Shown here piece after piece: positions 40,088-50,773 of a DNA stretch of 64,000 nucleotides; within the stretch, counting starts at the first letter, position 1; each line of letters starts with the position of its first letter. The stretch is from the NCBI GenBank assembly GCA_963768885.1, contig CAVYJN010000014.1:129997-193996 (forward strand), given 5' to 3'. Below the pieces are notes generated by a model that made no database searches, had not been told where the DNA came from, and saw only the letters and a program-made list of their open reading frames with translations. The translations under genes and the position numbers were made by a program. The stretch is from an uncultured Solirubrobacterales bacterium. Lineage in GTDB: Bacteria; Actinomycetota; Thermoleophilia; Solirubrobacterales; JBBDJG01.

Positions 40088-40555
40088 ATGAGCGACACCC
40101 TCCTGATCGCCTACGACGGCTCCCCCGGCGCACGTGCCGCCGTCGAAGCGGCCGGCCGGGTCTTTCCCGGACGCCGCGCGGTGGTGGTCTCGGTCTGGAG
40201 CTCCGTCGCCGACGTCGTGCCGGCAAGCGTGATCGCGATACCGCCCGACGTGGCGCGCGAGGCGTCCGACCTGCTGGATCGCGAGACGGAGACGGGATCC
40301 GAGCGCGATGCGCAGGAGGGCGCCCGCCTGGCACAGGACGCCGGCCTGCAGGCGACGGCGCACAGCGCGCGCTGCGTCGGAAACGTATGGTCGACGCTCG
40401 CGGAGATCGGCGACCGCGAGGACGTCGCGGTGCTCGTCGTCGGGTCTCGCGGGCGCTCGGGCGTCACCTCGCTGCTGCTGGGCAGCGTGTCGAGCGGCCT
40501 GGTGCACAACTGCACGCGGCCCGTGCTGGTCGTCCCGCCGGGGTCCGGCGGCTAG
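40088..40555 (+). CDS. Universal stress protein
   Basis: LIAYDGS, VVGSRGR...LLGSVS, PVLVVP. Confidence 0.93.
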   Translation: MSDTLLIAYDGSPGARAAVEAAGRVFPGRRAVVVSVWSSVADVVPASVIAIPPDVAREASDLLDRETETGSERDAQEGARLAQDAGLQATAHSARCVGNVWSTLAEIGDREDVAVLVVGSRGRSGVTSLLLGSVSSGLVHNCTRPVLVVPPGSGG

Positions 40556-40571
40556 CCCCCGGGCCGGGCGC

Positions 40572-40952
40572 TCAGCGCACGCCGACGAGGTCCACGACGA
40601 AGACCAGCGTCTCGTCGGGGCCGATCGCGCCGCCCGCGCCGCGCTTGCCGTAGGCGAGGTCGGGCGGGATCGTGATGCGGCGCCGGCCGCCGACCTTCAT
40701 GCCCGCGACGCCCTGGTCCCAGCCCTGGATCACCTGGCCCTTGCCGAGGGCGAACTTGAAGGTGCCGCCGCGGTCCCACGACGCGTCGAACTGCTTGCCC
40801 GTCGACCACGAGACGCCGACGTAGTGCACCTCGACGTTCCGCCCGGAGACGGCCTCCTCGCCCTCCCCGACGGCGATGTCCTCGACCTCGAGCTGGTAGG
40901 AGGGCGCCTGGCCCGACGGGACCTCGACCTGGGGCTTCTCGCCGGCTGCCAT
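40572..40952 (-). CDS. FKBP-type peptidyl-prolyl isomerase
   Basis: VHYVG, FDASW, VIQGWDQG, IPPDLAYG, TLVFVVDL. Confidence 0.95.
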   Translation of the reverse strand: MAAGEKPQVEVPSGQAPSYQLEVEDIAVGEGEEAVSGRNVEVHYVGVSWSTGKQFDASWDRGGTFKFALGKGQVIQGWDQGVAGMKVGGRRRITIPPDLAYGKRGAGGAIGPDETLVFVVDLVGVR

Positions 40953-41033
40953 GCCGCGCAGGGTAGCGAAGTGCGCCGGGCGCGGCGCAGAGGCGTATGG
41001 TCACACGACCACGTCGAGCAACTGGAGGTCACC

Positions 41034-41408
41034 ATGAGGCGTCACGCAGTCCCACGCGCGTTTCTCGTTGCCGTTCCGCTCGCCCTGCTCGTGGTCGCCG
41101 TGACGTTCGTCGGCGCGGCCGGCGCGGCCAGGACCCTCAGCGGCACGGTCGGGCCGGGCTTCACGATCTCCCTGAAATCAGGGGGGAAGAAGGTGAAGTC
41201 GCTCAGCCCCGGCTCCTACCGGATCACGGTCAGGGACAGGGCGGACATCCACAACTTCCACCTGCGCGGCCCGGGCGTCAACAAGCGGATCACAGGCGTC
41301 GACTTCGAGGGCACCAAGTCGGTGACGCTGCGGCTCAGGAAGGGCACTTATCGCTACCAGTGCGACCCCCACTCCAGCGACATGCACGGGCGCTTCAAGG
41401 TCAGGTAG
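41034..41408 (+). CDS. Secreted cupredoxin (blue-copper) protein
   Basis: Signal peptide; HNF and YQCDPHSSDM type-1 copper ligands. Confidence 0.85.
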   Translation: MRRHAVPRAFLVAVPLALLVVAVTFVGAAGAARTLSGTVGPGFTISLKSGGKKVKSLSPGSYRITVRDRADIHNFHLRGPGVNKRITGVDFEGTKSVTLRLRKGTYRYQCDPHSSDMHGRFKVR

Positions 41409-41463
41409 CCGGCTCTACGGGGGCCCGTTTCGGCCTTCCGCGACAACCTGAGAGAATCGCGGG

Positions 41464-43863
41464 ATGATCAACCGCTCGACGCTCGGCGGGATCTTCGCGG
41501 GCACCGGGGCCCTGGCCGCGCTCGCGGGCGCGGGCCTGTGGTTCCAGCTCTTCAAGCGCCCGCTCCCCAAGACCGCGGGGCGGCTGATGCTGCGGGGCGT
41601 CGACGCGCCGCTGGAGATCGTGCGGGACCGCTTCGGGGTGCCCCACGTGTCCGCCCGCACGCCGCACGACCTCTGCTTCGCGCTCGGGTTCTGCCACGGG
41701 CAGGACCGGCTGTGGCAGCTCGAGTTCTTCCGCCGCGCGACCGCCGGCCGCCTGTCCGAGTTCGCCGGAGCCGAGTCCCTGCCGGCCGACCGCCTGATGC
41801 GCACGCTCGGCATGCGCCGCGTGGCGGAGCGCGAGGCGCGCGAGATGGATCGCTCGCTCGCCGCGCTCGCGGGCGCATACGTGGCGGGGATCAACGCCGC
41901 GATCGATGCGGCGGAAGCGCTCCCGATCGAGTTCCAGCTCCTGCGGCTCGACCCCGAGCCCTGGTCGCCGGTCGACCTGCTCGCCTCGGCGAAGCTGATG
42001 GGCTTCGGGCTCTCGACCAACTGGGAGATGGAGCTGCTGCGCGCCGAGATCGTGCGCGCGGCGGGCCCGGAGCGCGCGGCCCGCCTCGAGCCCCGCTACC
42101 CGCCCGCCAACCCGGTCGTGACCTCGCCCGGCGACGTCTACGCGGGCGACGGCACCGACGTCGCGGCCCAGATCGCGGCCGTGAAGGAATCGCTCGGGCT
42201 CGGGATGCATGCGACCGGCTCCAACAACTGGGTCGTCTCCGGTGAGCGCAGCGTGACCGGAAAGCCGCTCCTCGCCTGCGACCCGCACCTCACGACGACG
42301 ATCCCCGACCTCTGGTACCAGGCGGACCTCGCCTGCGACGAATACCGCGTCCGTGGCGCGACGCTGCCGACGAACCCCTTCCCCGTGTTCGGCCAGAGCG
42401 CTTTCACGGCCTGGGGCTTCACGAACGTGATGGCGGACACCCAGGACCTGTTCGTCGAGCGCCTCAACCCCGACGACGCGCGGCTCTACGAGTTCGAGGG
42501 CGAATGGCGGCCGGCGGACGTGGTGCACGAGGAGATCCGGGTGAAGGGCCGCGGCAAGTCCGAGGACCTCGAGGTGCTGGTCACCCATCACGGGCCGATC
42601 GTGAGCGAGGCGCTCGGCGCCGCGGAGCCGATCGCGCTTTCGTGGACGGGGCTCCAGTACCCGCTGCTGACCGACTCGGGTCACCGGTTCGCGACGGCCC
42701 GCAGCGGACGGGACGTGATCGAGGCCGCCGAGAACCACCACGTGCCGCCGCTCAACCTGCTGTGGGCGGATCGCGAGGGCAGCATCGGCTACCAGCTCGC
42801 GGGCAAGATCCCGCTGCGCAAGGGCGGCGCGCCCGACCTCCCGAAGCCGGGCTGGACGGGAGAGTTCGAATGGGACGGCACGATCCCCTACGACGAGCTC
42901 CCGCGGCTGGTGGACCCGCAGCAGGGCTTCATCGTGACCGCGAACAACCGCATCGTCGGCGACGACTATCCGCACCACATCACCTCCGAGTGGATGACCG
43001 GCTACCGGGCCCGGCGGATCGAGGAGCGCCTCGGGGCGCGCGACCGCCATTCGGTCGCGGACTTCGAGCGGATGCAGCACGACTTCTTCTCGTACCCCGG
43101 CATCGAGACCGTCCACCGGCTCTCACGCCTGCACCCGCCCGGCCAGCGCGAGATCCGCGCGATCGAGCGCCTCAAGAGCTGGGACGGGAACCTCGACCCG
43201 GACACCGTGGCCGGGACGATCTACCACGCGTTCACGATCGTGTTCGCGGAGGCGATCGTCCGCGCGGCGGTCCGCGACGACCGGCTCGCGGAGCGCTGGC
43301 TGAACAAGTCGGGTGTCGCGCTGTTCGAGGTCGTCTCCTCGCCCTGGCGGTTCCAGGAGCGGCTGCTGACGATGTGGGACGAGGCGGATGCGGAGTGGTT
43401 CGGCGGGCGCGCCTGGGACGAGGTGGCGCTCGAGGCGCTCGAGCAGGCGATCGACGGGCTCGAGCAGCGCTTCGGGCGGGACCCGGCGAAGTGGCGCTGG
43501 GGCCGGGTGCACGAGGCCGAGTTCATGCACCCCTTCGGACAGGCGAACCCGCTCTTCCGGCGGATCTTCAACCGCTCGGCCGAGGCCGGCGGGGCGAGCG
43601 AGACCGTCACGCAGAACGGCTACCTCCCGACCGATCCGTTCAAGGCGGTCTGGGGCCCGGTCTACCGGATGATCGCCGACCTCGGCGATCCCGCCCAATC
43701 GCGCTGGCAGCTGACCACCGGCCAGTCCGGCCAGCCCGGCTCGGCGCACTACGACGACATGATCGAGGGCTGGCGCACCGGCCGCACCAACCCCGTGTAC
43801 CACGAGGAGCACGAGGTGCGCGCGGCCGGCGGCGCGAAGCGCCTGCGGATCGACCCCGGTTGA
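41464..43863 (+). CDS. Penicillin acylase family Ntn-hydrolase
   Basis: RDRFGVPHV, QDRLWQLE, GSNNW nucleophile, DPHL, TANN, GQSG. Confidence 0.93.
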   Translation: MINRSTLGGIFAGTGALAALAGAGLWFQLFKRPLPKTAGRLMLRGVDAPLEIVRDRFGVPHVSARTPHDLCFALGFCHGQDRLWQLEFFRRATAGRLSEFAGAESLPADRLMRTLGMRRVAEREAREMDRSLAALAGAYVAGINAAIDAAEALPIEFQLLRLDPEPWSPVDLLASAKLMGFGLSTNWEMELLRAEIVRAAGPERAARLEPRYPPANPVVTSPGDVYAGDGTDVAAQIAAVKESLGLGMHATGSNNWVVSGERSVTGKPLLACDPHLTTTIPDLWYQADLACDEYRVRGATLPTNPFPVFGQSAFTAWGFTNVMADTQDLFVERLNPDDARLYEFEGEWRPADVVHEEIRVKGRGKSEDLEVLVTHHGPIVSEALGAAEPIALSWTGLQYPLLTDSGHRFATARSGRDVIEAAENHHVPPLNLLWADREGSIGYQLAGKIPLRKGGAPDLPKPGWTGEFEWDGTIPYDELPRLVDPQQGFIVTANNRIVGDDYPHHITSEWMTGYRARRIEERLGARDRHSVADFERMQHDFFSYPGIETVHRLSRLHPPGQREIRAIERLKSWDGNLDPDTVAGTIYHAFTIVFAEAIVRAAVRDDRLAERWLNKSGVALFEVVSSPWRFQERLLTMWDEADAEWFGGRAWDEVALEALEQAIDGLEQRFGRDPAKWRWGRVHEAEFMHPFGQANPLFRRIFNRSAEAGGASETVTQNGYLPTDPFKAVWGPVYRMIADLGDPAQSRWQLTTGQSGQPGSAHYDDMIEGWRTGRTNPVYHEEHEVRAAGGAKRLRIDPG

Positions 43864-44331
43864 TGCCCAGCAGGCGCGACCAGATCAACCTGACGCCGCG
43901 AGGAGGTCGCCGAGTTCCTGGCGGCCGAGCGCGTCGCCAACGTCGCCTCCTTCGGGCCCGACGGCTGGCCGCACCTGATCGCGCTCTGGTACGTGATGCG
44001 CGGCGCCGATCCCTGGGTCTGGACCTACGCCAAGTCCCAGAAGGTGAAGAACCTGGAGCGCGACGACCGCGCGACGGCGCTGGTCGAGTCCGGCACCGAG
44101 TACGCGGAGCTGAAGGGCGTGATGCTGAAGACGCGGGCGCACATCGAGCGCGACACCGAGAAGGTGCTCGACTTCGCCGGCGAGCTGTTCGCCAAGTACC
44201 AGGGCGCCGACCCGGGGAGCGACGACATGCGCGAGGCGCTGCGCGGGCAGGCCGCCAAGCGCGTCGCGATCCGCTTCGAGGTCGTCGAGACCGTCAGCTG
44301 GGACCACTCGAAGCTCGGCGGGGTCTACTAG
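43863..44331 (+). CDS. Pyridoxamine 5'-phosphate oxidase-like (F420-dependent) protein (frameshift near 43895)
   Basis: GPDGWPHLIALWY, KSQKVKNLERD, SWDHSKL. Confidence 0.82.
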
Positions 44332-45786
44332 ATGAACCGCCGCGCGGTCCTCCAGCGCCGCGCGCGCCGCGAGCCGGCCGGGCGCACCGGTCACGGCGCC
44401 GCCGGGATGTGCGCCGGAGCCCGCGAGGTAGAGGCCCTCCACCCCGCCGAAGCGCCGCGGCCCGAACCGGCCCTCGAGCAGCTGATCGCCCAGCATCTCG
44501 CCGTGGAAGATGTGGCCCCCGGTGAGCCCGAACCGCGCCTCCAGCTCCCGCGGACCGAGGACGAGGCGGTCGACCACGCGGTCCGGCAGCTGCGGGCAGA
44601 CCTCGGCGAAGCGCGCGACCGCGGCGTCGGCCGCGGCGGCGGCGTCGCAGTCCGGCGGAAAGCACTGGCAGAAGAGCGACAGCACGTGACGCCCCGGCGG
44701 CGCCAGCGTGGGGTCGGCGGCGGTCTGGCAGGCGGCCTCGATCCAGGGGCGCGCGGCCGGGCGGCCGGCGCGCGCCGCGTCCGCGGCGGCCGCGAGGTCG
44801 GCCAGGGTGAAGCCGATGTCGATCGTCCCCGCCCAGGGCTCGGGCCCCGGCCAGCTGGGGAAGTCGGGGAGTCCGTCGAGCAGCAGCATGACCTTCACGA
44901 CGGGCCCGTCCTGGCGCCAGCCGTCCGGAGGCGGGACACCCGCGAGCGCCGCCGTGCGCCGCGGGTCGGCGTTCGACAGCACCACTCCTGCACGCACCTC
45001 GCGCCCGTCCTCGAGCACGACGCCGCATGCCCGCTCCTCCTCGATCAGAACGCGCGCGACCGGCGCATCCAACCGCACCCGCGCGCCCGCCGCCTCGGCC
45101 GCCGCGCGCAGCGCCGCGGTCACCGCGCCCATGCCGCCGCGCGCATAGCCCCACGCCCCCGGTACGCCGGTCGCCTCCCCCAGGTCGTGGTAGAGGGCGA
45201 CGAAGGCGGTGCCCGGATCGTGCGGCCCGGCAAGCGTCCCGATCAGGCCCTGGATCGCGAAGGGCACGCGCACCCCCTCCGACGGGATGCCGGCCAGGTC
45301 GTCGGCGATCGAGCCGTCGAGCAGCTCCGGTCCGATCGCGTCGAGCCAGCGCCCGCGGTCGGGCGGCTCGAGCAGGAGCGGCCGTGCGCGCGCGGCGGCG
45401 CGCTCCCAGCGCTCGCTGCGCGCCGTGTAGCCCTCGGCGTCGGCCCGCGACCAGTCGCGCTCGAGCTGCGCCGCCGTGCGCTCCCGCCCCGACCAAGTGA
45501 CGACCTTGCGCCCGTCGGGGAAGGGCGCGAACAGGTAGGGCTCGTGCACGTCGACCCGCAGGCCGTGCGCGGCCAGGTCGAGATCGCGCATGATCTCGGC
45601 GCGCAGCAGGGAGAGCGTGTAGGCGCCCGGCGAAGCGCGGACGCCGGGCCACAGCTCCTCCGTCACGCACGCGCCCCCGACCACGTCGCGCCGCTCGAAG
45701 ACCTCGACGTCGAGACCGGCGCGGGCGAGGTAGGCCGCGGCGACGAGGCCGTTGTGGCCGGCGCCGATCACGACCGCGTCGTGCAC
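44328..45786 (-). CDS. Phytoene-dehydrogenase-like FAD oxidoreductase
   Basis: IGAGHNGLVAAAYLA, VGGAC, GGMGAV, GGHIFHG, LAGSGAHPGGAVTGAPG; stop inferred after a probable terminal indel. Confidence 0.85.
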
Positions 45787-45794
45787 GGTCGCGG

Positions 45795-46814
45795 TCAGCT
45801 GCTGCTGACGCACCCGCCGAACGTTCCGTATACGGCGCGGAACCGTTCCTTTCCGAGGAACTCGAGCTCGGCGCGACAGAAGTCCGGGCGGGTCTTGAAG
45901 TCGGCGCGCCGCGGGCCGACCAGCGGCTGCCAGTCCGGCCGGGAGCCGTTGGCGAACACGAGGCGGGGGTCGCTGCCGTCGAGGTTCGTGTACCCGACGC
46001 CGGGGACGCCATGTGCGATCCGCGTTCCGTCCGGAGACCACGCCGGCTCGAGGCGGGGCCCCGGCATCGAGGTGGGGTTGCTCCCGTCGCGGTTCACGAT
46101 CCAGAACTGGTTCTGGAAGACCTCGCGGTTGAACACGACCCTGCTTCCGTCAGGAGACCAGTCGGGAGTGCGGTCCCGGACGAAGTCTCCGAACGTGAGC
46201 TGGGACACGTCGCTGCCGTCGGGCGCGGCCGTATAGATGTGGGACGTGCAGTTGAACGCGCAGTCGCCGCGGAAGTACGCGATCCGCGCCCCGTCCGGCG
46301 ACCACGCCGGATGCTTGTCCACGAGCGGGAAAGCCGTGATGCGCATCTGGCTCGTGCCGTCCGCGTTCATCACGTACAGATCGGAACCGGCAACGTCGCC
46401 TCTCGTGCTCGTGAAGACGATCTGCGAGCTGTCGGGAGACCACGCCGGCTCCCGGTCGCCGGCGGGGTCGTCGGTCAGCCGCTTCACGCGCGATCCGTCC
46501 GCGTTCATCACGTACACGTCGAGGTTGCAGGTGGTCTGGCAGGTCGGATCCGATCCGGCGCGCGCGCTCGTGAACGCAACCTGGCGGCCGTCGGGCGACC
46601 AGGCCGGCTCGATGTCGATGCCCTCGCTTTCGGTCAGCCTCACCAGACCGGTGCCGTCGGGCTCGATCGCATAGATCTCTCCCGACTGCTCGTCGAGGTA
46701 GGAGGAATCGAAGGCGATCTTGCCGTTCTGGCCCGGAAACGCAGCCTGGGCCGGGCCGGCGGCAAGCGCGCAGAGCGCCAGCGCCGCGATCGCCGCCTTC
46801 ACCGATCTCCCCAT
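45795..46814 (-). CDS. Secreted TolB-like (PD40 repeat) beta-propeller protein
   Basis: Signal peptide, AFPGQNGKIAF, repeated PAWSPDG. Confidence 0.88.
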   Translation of the reverse strand: MGRSVKAAIAALALCALAAGPAQAAFPGQNGKIAFDSSYLDEQSGEIYAIEPDGTGLVRLTESEGIDIEPAWSPDGRQVAFTSARAGSDPTCQTTCNLDVYVMNADGSRVKRLTDDPAGDREPAWSPDSSQIVFTSTRGDVAGSDLYVMNADGTSQMRITAFPLVDKHPAWSPDGARIAYFRGDCAFNCTSHIYTAAPDGSDVSQLTFGDFVRDRTPDWSPDGSRVVFNREVFQNQFWIVNRDGSNPTSMPGPRLEPAWSPDGTRIAHGVPGVGYTNLDGSDPRLVFANGSRPDWQPLVGPRRADFKTRPDFCRAELEFLGKERFRAVYGTFGGCVSSS

Positions 46815-46892
46815 GCGCGACATGATATGAGCGATCACTTGGCGGATCAAGACGCTGCGACCCGCGGCGCCGCCCTGTATACGCTGCCGTGC

Positions 46893-47966
46893 ATGGAGAA
46901 CCTCAAGGGCCTCGTGCTCTCCGGGGGCAAGGGCACGCGCCTGCGCCCGATCACCCACACCAGCGCCAAGCAACTCGTGCCGGTCGCCAACAAGCCGGTG
47001 CTCTTCTACGGGCTCGAGGCGATGGCCGCGGCCGGCATCCGGCAGGTCGGCATCATCATCGCCCCGGAGACGGGCGACGAGATCCGCGCCGCGGCCGGCG
47101 ACGGCTCCCGGTTCGGCATCGAGATCACCTACATCGAGCAGGATGCACCCAAGGGCCTCGCCCATGCGGTGCTCACGGCCGAGGACTTCATCGGCGACTC
47201 GCCGTTCGTGATGTACCTGGGCGACAACCTGCTGAAGTCGGGGATCACGGAGCTCGTCGACACGTTCCGCAGCAGCGACCCGGACGCCCTGATCCTGCTC
47301 ACGCCGGTCCCCGACCCCGAGCACTATGGGGTGGCCGAGCTCGAGGACGACCGGATCAAGCGGCTGGTCGAGAAGCCCAAGGAGCCGCCCTCGGACCTCG
47401 CGCTCGTCGGGGTCTACATGTTCAAGTCCTCGATCTTCGACGCGGCCCGCTCGATCGAGCCCTCCTGGCGCGACGAGCTCGAGATCACCGACGCGATCCA
47501 GACGCTCGTCGACCGCGGCCTGCGCGTGGAGCCGCACATCGTGCGCGGGTGGTGGAAGGACATGGGGCAGCTCGACGACCTGCTCGAGGCGAACCGGCTG
47601 ATCCTCGAGGACATCGTTCCGCGCCAGGAAGGCGAGGTGGTCGACTCGCGCGTGGAGGGCAAGGTCGTGATCGAGGCCGGAGCCCGGCTCGAGCGCGCGA
47701 CGGTGCGCGGCCCGACGATCATCGGCGCGGGCAGCCGGATCGTCGACTCCTATGTCGGGCCCTACTCCGCGATCGACGTCGACGTGACGATCGAGCGCTC
47801 CGAGGTCGAGCACTCGATCGTGCTTGCGGGCGCGCGCATCAGCGACCTCTCGTACCGCATGGAGGCGAGCCTGATCGGTCGCAACGTGAGCATCACGCGG
47901 TCCAACTCGCTGCCGAAGGCCTACCGCTTCATGGTCGGCGACAACTCGGAGATCCAGCTCCATTGA
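46893..47966 (+). CDS. rmlA: Glucose-1-phosphate thymidylyltransferase (long form)
   Basis: LSGGKGTRLRP, KQLVPVANKP, MYLGDN, ELEITDA. Confidence 0.93.
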   Translation: MENLKGLVLSGGKGTRLRPITHTSAKQLVPVANKPVLFYGLEAMAAAGIRQVGIIIAPETGDEIRAAAGDGSRFGIEITYIEQDAPKGLAHAVLTAEDFIGDSPFVMYLGDNLLKSGITELVDTFRSSDPDALILLTPVPDPEHYGVAELEDDRIKRLVEKPKEPPSDLALVGVYMFKSSIFDAARSIEPSWRDELEITDAIQTLVDRGLRVEPHIVRGWWKDMGQLDDLLEANRLILEDIVPRQEGEVVDSRVEGKVVIEAGARLERATVRGPTIIGAGSRIVDSYVGPYSAIDVDVTIERSEVEHSIVLAGARISDLSYRMEASLIGRNVSITRSNSLPKAYRFMVGDNSEIQLH

Positions 47967-48814
47967 GGGTGCTGATCACGGGAGGGGCCGGCATGCTCGG
48001 TCGTGACGTGGCGATGGCCGCGCGCGAGGTGGGCCACGAGCCCATCACGCTCGCGCGCGGCGAGCTCGACATCTGCGACCGCGAGGCGGTCGAGCGAGCC
48101 TGCATCGAGCACCACCCGGGGGCGGTGATCAACTGCGCCGCGTGGACCAACGTGGACGGCGCCGAGGAGCACGAGGCCGAGGCGACGGAGGTCAACGGGC
48201 GCGGCGCGGGCAACGTGGCCGCCGCGGCGGCCGCCGTCGGAGCAGCGGTGGTCCATCCCTCGACCGACTACGTCTTCGACGGCACGAACGAGGAGGGCTA
48301 CGTGGAGTCCGACGCGGTCAACCCGATCTCGGGCTACGGGCGATCCAAGCTCGTCGGCGAGCGCGAGGTGGCGGCCGCAAACCCGCGGCACTGGATCGTG
48401 CGGTCCTCGTGGCTGTTCGGGGTCAACGGCCGCAACTTCGTCGAGACGATGCTGGGCCTCGCGCTGGACCGCGACGAGGTCGTCGTCGTGCGCGACCAGG
48501 TCGGGTGCCCGACCTACACGGGGCATCTCGCCGCCGGCCTCGTGCGCCTGCTCGATCGCGAGGACCACGGGATCCACCACATGGCGGGCGGTGGCCGTTG
48601 CTCCTGGTACGACTTCGCGGTGGAGATCTTTCGCCAGGCGGGGGTCGAGTGCCGCGTGCTGTCGATGACCAGCGACATGCTGGACCGGCCCGCGCCGCGC
48701 CCGCCGTTCTCCGTGCTGCTCAGCGAGCGCGAGCACCCGGTGCTGCTCCCCGACTGGCAGGAGGGCCTCGCCGACTATCTCGCGGAGCGCGCCGAGGCGC
48801 AGGTGAGCGCATGA
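47963..48814 (+). CDS. rmlD: dTDP-4-dehydrorhamnose reductase
   Basis: GGAGMLG, NCAAWTNVD, STDYVFDG, YGRSK, DQVGCPT. Confidence 0.93.
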   Translation: MRVLITGGAGMLGRDVAMAAREVGHEPITLARGELDICDREAVERACIEHHPGAVINCAAWTNVDGAEEHEAEATEVNGRGAGNVAAAAAAVGAAVVHPSTDYVFDGTNEEGYVESDAVNPISGYGRSKLVGEREVAAANPRHWIVRSSWLFGVNGRNFVETMLGLALDRDEVVVVRDQVGCPTYTGHLAAGLVRLLDREDHGIHHMAGGGRCSWYDFAVEIFRQAGVECRVLSMTSDMLDRPAPRPPFSVLLSEREHPVLLPDWQEGLADYLAERAEAQVSA

Positions 48815-49821
48815 GGATGCTGGTCACCGGCGGCGCCGGCTTCATCGGCTCGAACTTCGCGCGGCACGTGCTCGAGAGCCATCCCGAGGACGAGGTCGTG
48901 GTGCTGGACAAGCTCACGTACGCCGGCCGCGTCGAGACGATCCAGGACCTGCTCGACGGCGGGCGCGCCCGCTTCGTGCAGGGCGACATCGCGGACGAGG
49001 AGGCGGTGCGCGAAGCGCTCGCCGGCTGCGACGCGATCGTCAACTTCGCGGCGGAGTCGCATGTCGACCGCTCGATCGAGGAGCCCGGCCACTTCATCCA
49101 GACCGACGTCTACGGGACCTACGTGCTGCTCGAGGCGGCCCGCACCGAGGGCATCGAGCGATACGTGCAGGTCTCGACCGACGAGGTCTACGGCTCGATC
49201 GAGGAAGGCTCGTTCACGGAGCGCAGCCCGCTCGACCCCTCCTCCCCCTACTCCGCCTCGAAGGCCGGCGGCGACCTGATCGTGAGCGCCTACTGCCACA
49301 CGTACGGGATGAACGCGACCGTGTGCCGGGCCTCGAACAACTACGGCCCGTACCAGTACCCGGAGAAGCTGATCCCGCTGTGCGTCCTGAACGCCCTGCA
49401 CGGGGACCCGCTGCCCGTCTACGGCGACGGCATGCAGGTGCGCAACTGGCTGTACGTGACCGACCACTGCGCCGCGATCGACACGGTCGTGCGCACGGGC
49501 CGGGCCGGGGAGACGTACAACATCGGCGGTCCCGACGAGCTTCCGAACATCGAGGTCGTCCGCAGGATCATCGAGCTGACCGGGGCCGACGAGTCGCTGA
49601 TCCAGTACGTCAAGGACCGCCCCGGGCACGACCGCCGTTACTCGCTGTCCTCGGAGAAGACGGCCGCCGAGCTGGGGTGGAAGGCGCAGGTGCCGTTCTC
49701 GGAGGGCATCGCCGCGACGGTCGACTGGTACCGCAAGAACACGTGGTGGTGGGAGCCGATCCGCTCGGGCGACTATCGCGAGTACTACCAGCGCCAGTAC
49801 GGCCAGGAGTTGCGCTCCTGA
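48811..49821 (+). CDS. rmlB: dTDP-glucose 4,6-dehydratase
   Basis: TGGAGFIG, AAESHVDRS, STDEVYG, YSASK, NNYGPYQ. Confidence 0.96.
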   Translation: MRMLVTGGAGFIGSNFARHVLESHPEDEVVVLDKLTYAGRVETIQDLLDGGRARFVQGDIADEEAVREALAGCDAIVNFAAESHVDRSIEEPGHFIQTDVYGTYVLLEAARTEGIERYVQVSTDEVYGSIEEGSFTERSPLDPSSPYSASKAGGDLIVSAYCHTYGMNATVCRASNNYGPYQYPEKLIPLCVLNALHGDPLPVYGDGMQVRNWLYVTDHCAAIDTVVRTGRAGETYNIGGPDELPNIEVVRRIIELTGADESLIQYVKDRPGHDRRYSLSSEKTAAELGWKAQVPFSEGIAATVDWYRKNTWWWEPIRSGDYREYYQRQYGQELRS

Positions 49822-50369
49822 AATTTCAGCGGCTCGACACGCGCATCGACGGGCTGGTGCTCGTGGAGCCGAAGGTGATCGCCGACGACCGCGGCTTCTT
49901 CTTCGAGACCTACCGGCGCAACGAGTACGCGAGCCTCGGCATCGACACCGAGTTCGTGCAGGACAACCACTCGCGCTCGATGCAAGGCACGATCCGTGCG
50001 CTGCACTTCCAACTGACGCCCGGACAGGCCAAGCTGGTCCGGGTCGCGCGCGGATCGATCTACGACGTGGCGGTCGACCTGCGGCGCGACTCGCCGACCT
50101 ACGGCCGGTACGAGGCCTTCGAGCTGAGCGACGAGAACGCGCGGCAGATCTTCATCCCGGTCGGGTTCGCGCACGGGTTCTGCGTCACGAGCACGGTGGC
50201 CGACGTCGCCTACAAGGTGTCGAGCTACTACGAGACGTCGACCGAGCGCGGCATCGCCTGGGACGACCCGGACATCGGCATCCCCTGGCCGGCGGATCAG
50301 CCGCTCGTGTCCGACCGCGACCGCACGAACCCGCGCCTGGCCGAGATCGCCGGCGAGCTGCCCTGGTAG
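49818..50369 (+). CDS. rmlC: dTDP-4-dehydrorhamnose 3,5-epimerase (probable CTG start)
   Basis: DDRGFFFE, FVQDNHS, RALHFQ, GFAHGF; AGGAG 8 nt upstream of CTG. Confidence 0.92.
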   Translation: MKFQRLDTRIDGLVLVEPKVIADDRGFFFETYRRNEYASLGIDTEFVQDNHSRSMQGTIRALHFQLTPGQAKLVRVARGSIYDVAVDLRRDSPTYGRYEAFELSDENARQIFIPVGFAHGFCVTSTVADVAYKVSSYYETSTERGIAWDDPDIGIPWPADQPLVSDRDRTNPRLAEIAGELPW

Positions 50370-50771
50370 ACGACCTCGAGAGAGCGCGGCGCGGGTGGGA
50401 GGCGCTCAACCGCGGGGACTTCGACGAGGTGCTGCGGTTCGTGCACGAGGACATCGAGTGGCGACCGGCGCTCGGCCCGGGCGGCGCGGAAGGCAACGTC
50501 TACCGCGGCCGGGACGCGTACGAGCGCTGGCTGCGTACGGAGCTGCTCGAGGTGTGGGACGAGTTCCGTGGGGAGAACCTCGAGTTCCGCGAGCTGCCCG
50601 GCGACCGCATCCTGGCTGCTCGGCGAACTGGTCGTGAAGGGCAAGGCGAGCGGCCTCGAGATGCGCACCCCGTTCGGGCAGATCGCCCAGATGCGGGACG
50701 GCATGGTGATCCGCCTCGACGCCTTCGCCGACCATGCCGCCGCGATCGCAGCCGCCGCCGAGCCCCGATAA
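50363..50771 (+). CDS. SnoaL/NTF2-like protein (frameshift near 50615; start uncertain)
   Basis: EALNRGDFD..HEDIEW..YRG...RDGMVIR pattern across two frames. Confidence 0.7.
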
Positions 50772-50773
50772 GG

